Of a DNA stretch of 64,000 nucleotides, positions 39,604-47,433 are shown piece after piece; within the stretch, counting starts at the first letter, position 1; every line of letters starts with the position of its first letter. The translations under genes were made by a program, and so were the position numbers. Below the pieces are notes generated by a model. It ran no database searches, was not told the origin of the DNA, and saw nothing but the letters and a program-made list of their open reading frames with translations. Source of the DNA: Acidobacteriota bacterium (GTDB lineage: Bacteria; Acidobacteriota; CAIWXX01); the NCBI GenBank assembly GCA_040755995.1, contig JBFMAF010000012.1, positions 18,500 to 82,499 on the forward strand, given 5' to 3'.

Positions 39604-40623
39604 ATGAAGACCTATCTCCTCGGAGTGCTGCTCGCGTTTCTTCCAAGGCGCTGGCGGGCTTCTCTTGCGGGAGACGTGCCGATCCATTGGGGTAGGGCCG
39701 CTCTGACGTCCGGGTTTCTGGAGATGCTGGTCGCGTTTGCGCTTCTGGCCGCGTGGTACTTCGCGACCATTCACTCGGCAGTCGATCAGCAGCTTGACGC
39801 TGCCATGACAGCGGCGGAGACCACGGGGAACGTTCCGGGGCGCGGCGGACAGATCATCATCGGCTTCACTGCATGGGCGTACTTCGCAGTGCACCCCCTT
39901 ACGTGGCTCTTGGGCTACCTCGTGTGCGAGGGGCTGGTGCGGACCCTTGCGGCGGCGATCACCGAGGAGCAGCCTGCGTGCCTGTTTCTAGTCGTGATAG
40001 ATCGTGTCGTAGAGAAGACGCGCCGGAGTCTCTACGAGGCCCGCGTGCCGCTCGTTCGGGACCAGGTGATCGTCCCGGCGAATGAACGGAGCTCGTGGGA
40101 TCTCAAGGTGCTTTCGTGCCGCTCGAAGCCCGACTGGAAACACCCGTTGACGATCTCGTACGAGGGCGAGGGATACAAAGTGGTAGCAGACGCGCCGGGG
40201 ACCGATGCGCGGCCGCACGGCTATCTATTGAAACGTCCGGCCGCCGGGGAAGCATTCAGGGGTTTCCAGGCATATCACCCAGAAGACATCCTGCTGACAA
40301 GCGATGACCGTGCGAGCTTCCTCGTCAGCCTCTTCCGCTGGTATCTGAATCTGCTCCGGAAACGCGACGAGGCGCCCCTGGGGGATGTGATCACTCGCGG
40401 GCCAGACGGTGATGATTCTATGGTGCTGGTGGAGTCTCTACGGCCGAAGCCGGAGTGGATGCACGCGCGTACGATTGAATTCGAGGAGCGTCTGTACCGA
40501 GTGGAAACGGCCTACAACGCGACCCGGCCTCGCCCGTTCGGCTACCGCCTGCGGCTGCTGCCTCCGGGCGAGGCTGCGCGAGGCCTCATCCGGTATTCCC
40601 CGGACCTGGACGGTGAACGGTGA
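39604..40623 (+). CDS. hypothetical membrane protein with a tandemly duplicated ~80-aa soluble domain
   Basis: N-terminal TM helices; S-x-R-x-KP-x-W...TI...Y-x-V...RP-x-GY-x-L...GEA-x-RG...Y-x-P occurs twice. Confidence 0.8.
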   Translation: MKTYLLGVLLAFLPRRWRASLAGDVPIHWGRAALTSGFLEMLVAFALLAAWYFATIHSAVDQQLDAAMTAAETTGNVPGRGGQIIIGFTAWAYFAVHPLTWLLGYLVCEGLVRTLAAAITEEQPACLFLVVIDRVVEKTRRSLYEARVPLVRDQVIVPANERSSWDLKVLSCRSKPDWKHPLTISYEGEGYKVVADAPGTDARPHGYLLKRPAAGEAFRGFQAYHPEDILLTSDDRASFLVSLFRWYLNLLRKRDEAPLGDVITRGPDGDDSMVLVESLRPKPEWMHARTIEFEERLYRVETAYNATRPRPFGYRLRLLPPGEAARGLIRYSPDLDGER

Positions 40624-41747
40624 AGTCGAGGCTGCTCTTCATCGACATCGTGCGCGGGCTGGCCGTGCTGGCGATGATCGAGGGGCATGTGAGCAACTCC
40701 ACGATTCTGGACAGCATCAGGCGCACACCGCAGTTTCATCACATCGATCTGTTCAATGGTTTCGTCTCCGCCTGTTTCATTTTCATCTCGGGCTTCTCGT
40801 TGTGCCTGGTGGTGGAGCAGCGGCTCGAGCTCTTCCTGCAGTGGAAAACGCCGCTCTGGCTGCAGATCCGCCGGCTGCTCTTCATCCTAGCGCTCGGCTA
40901 CTGGCTCCATTCTCCTCCCTGGTCGCTCCGCGGGACACTGCAGATGGACCAACGGGCTGTGTTCGGCGTCTTCCGGTGCGACGTGCTCCAGGCTATCACC
41001 CTCTCGCTGTTCTTCTGTCTATTCGTGGCGATGGTCCTGCGGAGACGGGACGCGATCGCGATCGCGCTGGGCGCGCTTGCGCTCTTCGTCGTCTTCTATA
41101 CCCCCTTTCTTTACGACACCGATCCCAACACGTACGTGCCGGCGGTCATCGGCACGTACATCACTGCTCATCACAACCCGTTGTTTCCGCTTTTCCCCTC
41201 GGCGGCCTACACGTTCACCGGCTACTTCTTCTGCTGGCTGTATCTGAGGCTGAGGAGCCGCGGCAAGGACATGCTGCTCTTTTCCGTTCTGCTGCCGGCA
41301 GGTCTCGCGATGCTGGTCGGGGCTCTGGCGCTGTTCTACGCGCCGTGGAGCTATCATGTCTACGCAGACCCGTCCAGGTCCAGCCCGAGGCATTTCATGA
41401 TGAAGCTGGGCGCGGTACTGTTCACGCTGTCGCTGGTCTGGTTCTACGAGAGGCTCCTGAAGCCCAAGCGGTCCTACCTGAACATGGTCGGGCAGGAGTC
41501 GCTCTTCGTCTACGGGCTTCACCTGATGATCGTTTACGGCTGCGTGTTCACGCGGCACAGTTTCGCGCGCGACATCGGAAACTGCCTCACATATCTGCCG
41601 TCATTCACGTTGACGGCCATGCTCATAGCGGCCATGTGCCTCGCCGGTGTCGGCTGGCACGTGCTGAAGCGCGACTATCCGCGGGTCGCGAAGGGGCTGT
41701 TCTACGGGGCGGTCGCATTGTGGACGGTCGGGTTGCTGGTGCGGTAG
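40620..41747 (+). CDS. DUF1624 / HGSNAT-like membrane acyltransferase
   Basis: RLLFIDIVRGLAVLAMIEGH, FIFISG, DVLQAI, FPLFP, GQESLFVYGLH. Confidence 0.85.
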   Translation: MKSRLLFIDIVRGLAVLAMIEGHVSNSTILDSIRRTPQFHHIDLFNGFVSACFIFISGFSLCLVVEQRLELFLQWKTPLWLQIRRLLFILALGYWLHSPPWSLRGTLQMDQRAVFGVFRCDVLQAITLSLFFCLFVAMVLRRRDAIAIALGALALFVVFYTPFLYDTDPNTYVPAVIGTYITAHHNPLFPLFPSAAYTFTGYFFCWLYLRLRSRGKDMLLFSVLLPAGLAMLVGALALFYAPWSYHVYADPSRSSPRHFMMKLGAVLFTLSLVWFYERLLKPKRSYLNMVGQESLFVYGLHLMIVYGCVFTRHSFARDIGNCLTYLPSFTLTAMLIAAMCLAGVGWHVLKRDYPRVAKGLFYGAVALWTVGLLVR

Positions 41748-41967
41748 CAGGGCTGCGGCGGCCGTCTCACTCGATGAGGTTCCTGTTTTTCGCGACGGCG
41801 GCGCGTACGAATCGCGATTGGACCTGATCGCTGGCGAGCCCCGCCCATCCCCTTCCAGAGTCAGCCTCCAGCGACTACGCAATTGCCTCCTGAAGCGCAC
41901 TGCGACCAGTGAGTGGCTTGACGCGGCCCTCCGGATCCATCGGAGTGCATTGCGCAATGATAGGAGT

Positions 41968-42083
41968 GGCGCCGAAATCCCGCGTTAGTCGTTAGGAGGC
42001 CAGATGGGCCCCGAGGAGAAACGATGACTATGGGGCGAACGCGGGTGGAAGGCCGGCGCCGCCTCGCATCAGCCCGCAAGGGC
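41968..42083 (+). other. putative structured 5' leader or ncRNA
   Basis: nested stems GGCGCCG/CGGCGCC, CCCGCGTT/AACGCGGG, TAGTC/GACTA, TCGTT/AACGA; GCCC-GCAA-GGGC tetraloop before the RBS. Confidence 0.4.
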
Positions 42084-42096
42084 AAGGAGGTTTGAA

Positions 42097-42564
42097 ATGA
42101 TAGGCCAAGTCCGAGGTGTCAAGCCCCACGCCGGTACAGTTCGAGCTGCTGCAACGGGCGGCCAGGAGGCTAAAGCGAAGGGTGGATCGGTGCTCGACCG
42201 GCAGGAGAAGAGCGTGCTTGTGGAGCGTCCGAAACCGAATGTTATCGAGAGGGCGCAGGCGAACGCCAGGGCCGCGGAGCGGCAGGTACAGGAGGGTCTC
42301 GCGAACACCTGGAAGTCGGCTCACTATACTCCCCAGGCCATCGTGGACGTCGCCAAGGCGGCCGAGACGCCGCGGGGCGAGCAGCAGGGCGGCGGTGGGG
42401 GAGCGCAGCCGGATGCCGCGCCGGCTGACGACATGAACATCAGCCACTCGCATGGCCCGGTTGGACCCTCGGAGAACGAGTACGGCTTCCCTTACAACGG
42501 CCTGGGCATTGGCCACTCGCAGGGTCCGGCTGGTCCGGCGGCTATCGATCCTGAAGGTGAATGA
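42097..42564 (+). CDS. hypothetical low-complexity protein
   Basis: strong AAGGAGG RBS; 155 aa, Ala/Gly/Gln/Pro-rich; repeated I-x-HS-x-GP-x-GP. Confidence 0.65.
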   Translation: MIGQVRGVKPHAGTVRAAATGGQEAKAKGGSVLDRQEKSVLVERPKPNVIERAQANARAAERQVQEGLANTWKSAHYTPQAIVDVAKAAETPRGEQQGGGGGAQPDAAPADDMNISHSHGPVGPSENEYGFPYNGLGIGHSQGPAGPAAIDPEGE

Positions 42565-42616
42565 CCGGATTGCCCCCGGGCGTGCCTGGGCACATTCGCT
42601 GGCTCGTCCATCTGAG

Positions 42617-42694
42617 AATCGTGAGATGCGCTGGGCGGCGAGCCGGTGACTGCCGCCTCGGAGCGCTCCCGGGAAGCGGCATTGCGGACGGCGG
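42617..42694 (+). repeat. ~80-bp structured direct repeat, copy 1
   Basis: aatcgtgagatgcgctgggcggcgagccggtgactgccgcctcggagcgctcccgggaagc...ttgcggac; matches 44754-44833. Confidence 0.9.
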
Positions 42695-43068
42695 ACCAGT
42701 ACGACATCTGCGGTGTCGAGCGAGTGGGGGCCGGCCACGGAATCCGGAGCCGTGAGATGGGTCGGCAGCTACAACTTGCATGTGCGTGGAATGAAGCTCG
42801 AGTGGCGCTCTCCTCTGGGTCCGCAGACACACCGGGGCTGCAATGGGGAGCGACGGAGGATGGGATGTCGCCCTGGACGACACGGGCGGCGTTCTTGTCT
42901 TTGGCCGCTCGACCAGTACAAGTCCGGCCGCCACGTGCTTCTGGTCAAGCACTGAGGAAACAGCCCTCGACGATAACAGGATTTCCAGAGATAGATCGAG
43001 CCGGCCCCCGGGAGGTCGGGGGAGGCCACCGTCACTCTCGAGTGTGACCAAACCCCGTTCGCGGTACG

Positions 43069-43593
43069 ATGTATGGTGTGGACCTCGAGACCACCTTGCG
43101 GATGCTTGCACCCGGCCTGTTACGCTTCTGCACCGGGATGATGGGCAGCACCACCGAAGGCGAGGACCTCGCCCAGGAATCCCTTGCGGCTCTTGTCCGC
43201 TTCTGGAAGCGGAGTGGTCCCCCTGATTCGCCGGCGGCGTTTGTCTACTCAGTCGCCCGGCGTCAGGCCGGTCGTTTCCGCCGTCGCTGGAACAGGTTTC
43301 TGCCGCTGGAATGGGGCGGTGCCCAGGCGGAGCCTTCCGTTGATGCCGAGCCTCACTCGATAGACCGGCAGCGCGTCGAGCAGGTCCTGACACTGCTGAA
43401 GAAGCTGCCGAGGCAGCAGAGGGAGGCGCTGCTTGTCGCGCTGGACAGCGATCTGTGCGTCACTGAAGCCGCGCAGGTGCTGGGGATCTCGGTCTCGGCG
43501 TTCAAGATGAGAGTACACCGGGCGCGCCAGTGCCTGAAACACTGGCTGGAGGAGAACCATGGGTGTGAACAACACCAAGAAGACCGCCGGTGA
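43069..43593 (+). CDS. ECF RNA polymerase sigma factor
   Basis: GEDLAQE, FVYSVARR (region 2); LKKLPRQQREAL, EAAQVLGISVSAFKMRVHRAR (region 4). Confidence 0.92.
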   Translation: MYGVDLETTLRMLAPGLLRFCTGMMGSTTEGEDLAQESLAALVRFWKRSGPPDSPAAFVYSVARRQAGRFRRRWNRFLPLEWGGAQAEPSVDAEPHSIDRQRVEQVLTLLKKLPRQQREALLVALDSDLCVTEAAQVLGISVSAFKMRVHRARQCLKHWLEENHGCEQHQEDRR

Positions 43594-44044
43594 AATGAGA
43601 CCGGAAGAGGTCGATGATTGGCTGCGCCACCAACTGGAACCCAGTCCGGAGCAGGCGAGCCGGGTGGTGCAGCGGGCGCTGGCTGCCGAGCGATACATCC
43701 CGGAATCGAGAGGCTTCTCCTGGAGAACCGCGGCTGTTGCCGCCATCTGCGTTTCCGTGTTCGCGGTCCTGCTGGCCGTGATTCTGATGCGGTTCGTCCA
43801 CGAGCGATCCAGGCCTCCCGGCCCGGTCGAAGACGGAAGTGGGTCACCCGAGATCGCCGCCATCATCACGAACCAGTCCGGGCAGGTCGAGCTGCGGCTC
43901 CCCGCGGGCACCGGTCTTCCCGCCGGAGCGGAGCGAATCCCGCCGCGCAGACCCAGTGCAGCGATCTTCAATCTAGACGGCCTGGTGGTCGCCCGAGTGA
44001 CCGACGGTGGCGTGCGGTACATAGTGATCGGAGGTGACAGATGA
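43559..44044 (+). CDS. putative single-pass anti-sigma factor
   Basis: overlaps sigma gene; short cytoplasmic helical N-terminus, one TM (AAVAAICVSVFAVLLAVIL), small beta-rich outer domain. Confidence 0.7.
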   Translation: MGVNNTKKTAGEMRPEEVDDWLRHQLEPSPEQASRVVQRALAAERYIPESRGFSWRTAAVAAICVSVFAVLLAVILMRFVHERSRPPGPVEDGSGSPEIAAIITNQSGQVELRLPAGTGLPAGAERIPPRRPSAAIFNLDGLVVARVTDGGVRYIVIGGDR

Positions 44045-44736
44045 ACCAACACACGATCAAGAAGCTGGCCCTGACGGTGGTCGCGGTGGGGTGGCTAGGT
44101 GGTGCGCTGCAGGCTGGAGTCGATGACATGAAGACCAGGATCGACAACGAACGCATCAGCCTGGACCTCAAGGATGCGCCACTGGTCAAGGTCTTCGAAG
44201 TCTACCGGGCGCTGCTCGGCGTGGAGGTCCGCATCCGCTGCGAGCAGGAACGTCGTTTGACCATCGCCTTCGAGAACATCACCGTGCGGACCAGCCTGAG
44301 CGCCATCTGCGAGAGTGCCGGGTTGCGCTGGAGCATCGAGGCGTCCGAGCCGCCGGTGCTGCTGATCGAATGCCGCAGTCCGTCGGCGGCGAGTCAGAAG
44401 CAGGCGCTGAGCCCGGTGAGGCCGGACGGCAAGCCGGTCGCAGGCAGTGACTGGGTGAAGGTACTCAATCCCGACAAGGAGTCCGCGGACCGGCTGGAAC
44501 TTGTCCTCAGCATCGAACTCCATGATGCCGAGTTGGAAACGGTGCTCCGCATGGCGGCCCAACTCCTGGACGCAAAGCTGGTCATGGACATCAAGCTGGG
44601 TGGAGCGACGGTGAACCTGAGCTTGGAGAAATCAACGATGCGCCAATTCCTGGACGCCGTCTGCGCCCAGCTGCAGGCCAAGTGGGAGCTCACCAAGAAG
44701 GATCCGCGGATGCTGATGGTTGAGAAGGCGTTCTGA
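44041..44736 (+). CDS. secreted protein made of two STN/secretin-N0-like domains
   Basis: signal peptide; ISLDLKDAPL...L-x-AIC...W and LSIELHDAEL...LDAVC...W repeats; ATGA overlap. Confidence 0.75.
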   Translation: MNQHTIKKLALTVVAVGWLGGALQAGVDDMKTRIDNERISLDLKDAPLVKVFEVYRALLGVEVRIRCEQERRLTIAFENITVRTSLSAICESAGLRWSIEASEPPVLLIECRSPSAASQKQALSPVRPDGKPVAGSDWVKVLNPDKESADRLELVLSIELHDAELETVLRMAAQLLDAKLVMDIKLGGATVNLSLEKSTMRQFLDAVCAQLQAKWELTKKDPRMLMVEKAF

Positions 44737-44753
44737 GGAACACGCTTACCCGA

Positions 44754-44833
44754 AATCGTGAGATGCGCCGGGCGGCGAGCCGGTGACCGCCGCCCTGGAG
44801 CGTTCCCGGGAAGCTGGACTTGCGGACCGCCGG
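44754..44833 (+). repeat. ~80-bp structured direct repeat, copy 2
   Basis: perfect stem GGGCGGCG/CGCCGCCC around AGCCGGTGAC; matches 42617-42694. Confidence 0.9.
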
Positions 44834-44846
44834 CCGGGAACATAGG

Positions 44847-45700
44847 GCGCTTTAGCGCCCATTTTTTACCAACATGTTGTCAGGGCACGATAGCATGATC
44901 AAGCCACCAGAGCCAATGACTGAAGGGTTTCGCGGACGTTCTTTCGGATGTTGGTGTAGTGGGTATCTATTGGAGTACGGCTCCGGGAACTGTTGAATTT
45001 GCGGAGGCCGTAGTTGGAGGCGACGAGTGGCCTTATGACCATGTGGTCGAGAATGATCCAGGCGAAGAGTTTGCCGCAATGTTGTAGGACGGGGCGGTAG
45101 CGGGAGGAGTTTTTGATTTTCTCGGCGAACCCCTTGCCTCTGATCTTTTTGAGGTCGTAGGCAGCGTGACGGACGGTGTAGTCGGTAGGAGATCTGCCGG
45201 TGAGCGCCTGGACTTTGGCAGCTAGGTCTCGAGTGGTGAAGCCCTGTGGCGCCGGGGTCCTTCTTCCTCAAGTTTAACCCGTTTTCTCCGTAGCGTTGTA
45301 CTTCCCAGACGGGTGCGGGAGCTTTCGCGACGAGAATCAAAAAGAGACCGAGGCGATCCGGGTCTTTCGCGAGATGCTCCTCGGCGATATGGTCTTTGCG
45401 TTCGCCACTCTTGCAGTAGATAACGGGGACGCCATGTCCCTTGGCCCATCCGCGAACCCGTCGTCCGAAGTGACCCGCCATCCGCATCAGGTGCGTATCG
45501 TCCAGATCAGCATCAGAGCCCGTCAGTTGTCTCCACCAGCACCGAAATCCGCCTGGCTTCTGTCCCATTGTGAAGTAGGCGTTTATCACGATCCGATCAA
45601 CGCAATCGTACTGCCCATCGAGCAACGTGGAATAAGTTTCGGAAAAGCTGTCCACTAGCGCCATTTCGCTCACCCCCAAAGGAGTCTCTCGTTGACAACG
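44847..45700 (-). mobile_element. internally deleted element of the Rep-like/'MarR-annotated' putative transposase family
   Basis: N-terminus YDCVDRIVINAY...ERKDHIAE...APAPVW (ATG 45664) is joined out of frame at ~45255 to C-terminal wHTH PQGF...AAYDLKKIRGK...SRY (stop 44899); hairpin GGGCGC-TTTA-GCGCCC at 44847-44860. Confidence 0.7.
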
Positions 45701-45753
45701 TGACGATATCACCCCATGATGGAGATGCAACAGCCAAGAGGAGCGCCAGATCG

Positions 45754-46284
45754 ATGAGGGATTTCCGAAAGCTCAAGGTATGGGAGAAGAGTCATGCTCT
45801 CACAGTGCAAGTCTATCAGGCCATAACGAAATTCCCCGCAGCTGAGAAATATGGCCTGACGGCTCAGATTCGGCGTTGCTGTACGTCGATACCCGCCAAC
45901 ATCGCCGAAGGATGCGGCCGGGAAAGCGACGCCAACTTCGGCCGCTTTCTGCAAATCGCTCTGGGTTCTGCCTGCGAACTGGAATACCATCTGCTCCTCT
46001 CACACGACCTGCACCTGATCGAGGATTCGCAGTATTCGAGTCTGCAGACTCAGGTGGTCGAGGTCAAGCAGATGCTCTACTCGCTTCTAAAGAAGCTGAG
46101 AGCTGACGGCCAAGCTGATGCCTGTGACCTGAGAGCGGCTTTTTCCGGGACTGCGCGTCCAGCTGCCCGAATGGGCCACTTTTTCCGGGCGCAGTCCCGG
46201 AAAAAGCCTAGTACCTATGCAGTTGACTTCTGCCGATTCGTGGCAGGAAATTCTCCTCATCGTGATGGATTGAATGCGAGTTGA
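45754..46284 (+). CDS. four-helix-bundle protein (23S rRNA IVS / bAvd-like); homologous part ends ~46110, then read-through tail
   Basis: MRDFRKLKVWEKSH, FP-x-EKYGLTAQIRR-x-SIPANIAEGCGR, FLQIALGSACELEYHL. Confidence 0.92.
   Translation: MRDFRKLKVWEKSHALTVQVYQAITKFPAAEKYGLTAQIRRCCTSIPANIAEGCGRESDANFGRFLQIALGSACELEYHLLLSHDLHLIEDSQYSSLQTQVVEVKQMLYSLLKKLRADGQADACDLRAAFSGTARPAARMGHFFRAQSRKKPSTYAVDFCRFVAGNSPHRDGLNAS
46137..46208. repeat. perfect 20-bp inverted repeat with 32-nt spacer (MITE/REP-like)
   Basis: ggctttttccgggactgcgc (46137-46156) and gcgcagtcccggaaaaagcc (46189-46208). Confidence 0.85.
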
Positions 46285-47045
46285 GGGATGATGAACAGCT
46301 CCCGGAGCTTCAAGGCCGTGGTGATTACTTGTTTGCCGAAGCAGGTGAGGTAGTACTTGTAGGTTCCGCCGACTCTCTTGATCAGCCCGTGTAGGCGGAG
46401 ACGTTTGAGGAGCCGCGAGACGGAGGAGCTGGAACGGTTTTGGAGGTGAAACCGAATGTGCTTGTTCTTGAAGCCCGAAATGTTGAACTCACCGCGGGCA
46501 AGGACATGGAGGAGGCTCTCGTCTCGTTCGTCGAAGAAATTGAAGCCTGCATAGCGGCGGCCTTCTACTGATGCGGGCCGAGATAACTTATGGAGCTTCT
46601 CGATACCGGCCTGTCGATCCTCGATGGCGGAGATGAATTCCAGGTACCGGAGATTCGCCGCGAGGACACGCTCGCGCAGAGCCGGCAAGCTATGAATTGT
46701 GCGCTTCATGACGGCGATCTTCTTCTCCGATGTCCCATCGCGGTGTTCTACTCTTCGGTAGTGCGTGAAAAAACAGACGTCGTTGACCGTGGTTTCGATG
46801 CGAAGAATCTGACCGTACTTGTCGTACATCTTGATGGAAACAGGCCCCATAGTGTGCTTGATCCGCGTGCCTTCGATGCGGACGTTGTACCGATTGCCTA
46901 TCTCGCTCTGGCGGCTCGTCGCCAGCTTCCTGCCCAGAAAGGTCGCGATATTATCGGGTTTTACGGCGTGGATCGCGGTGGTTGTGAGGTTCGAGTAGAT
47001 CGCCTGGAGGTCTTGTTGCCGGTGAAAAAATAGCCGGCCGGACAT
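46257..47045 (-). pseudogene. 5'-truncated Rep-like/'MarR-annotated' putative transposase (C-terminal half)
   Basis: IATFLGRKL, SIKMYDKYGQILRIETTVNDV, AANLRYL, RGEFNISGF, wHTH VSRLLKRLRLHGLIKRVGGTYKYYLT; homology starts abruptly near 47030; hairpin TTCTGCC-N7-GGCAGGAA at ~46228-46250. Confidence 0.75.
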
Positions 47046-47433
47046 GATTTGCGATCGAACACCAACGCGGAGCCGCAGGCATCATAGACACCTCAGTCTA
47101 TCCATTGCGGCATAATCAGTTTTACATCTAGCGGCGTCATCACCTTTACATATTGCTGCCCTCACTCCACTCCCCCTGACCGACGACCTTCCCGAATCCG
47201 CTCGACCAACCGCACCAACTCAACCAAATCGCACGGGCGGAAATGCGCGCGCCCGTGCGAGGCAACCAGAAACGGGTCCGGGGCCGCTAGGCTGTTATGC
47301 GCAGAATCCGAGATTCTGCGGCGGCACGGACGCCGAGGCCTGCGGATCCGCTCACTCGCATTTTTTCCGGCGCGCCCGGCCTTACTGGGGGGAGGCGCTT
47401 GTGTTTACTACGTGGCCGGGTATACTCGCGCGT

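Noticed and set aside
42700..42960. Possible beta-propeller (SBBP-like) remnant, WDVALDDTGGVLVFG
   Set aside because: One weak motif across broken frames; too little to call.
42617..44833. Direct repeats as a CRISPR array
   Set aside because: Only two ~80-bp copies 2.1 kb apart enclosing genes; no cas genes.
45754..46110. Diversity-generating retroelement or 23S intervening sequence
   Set aside because: No reverse transcriptase, TR/VR pair or rRNA sequence in the window.
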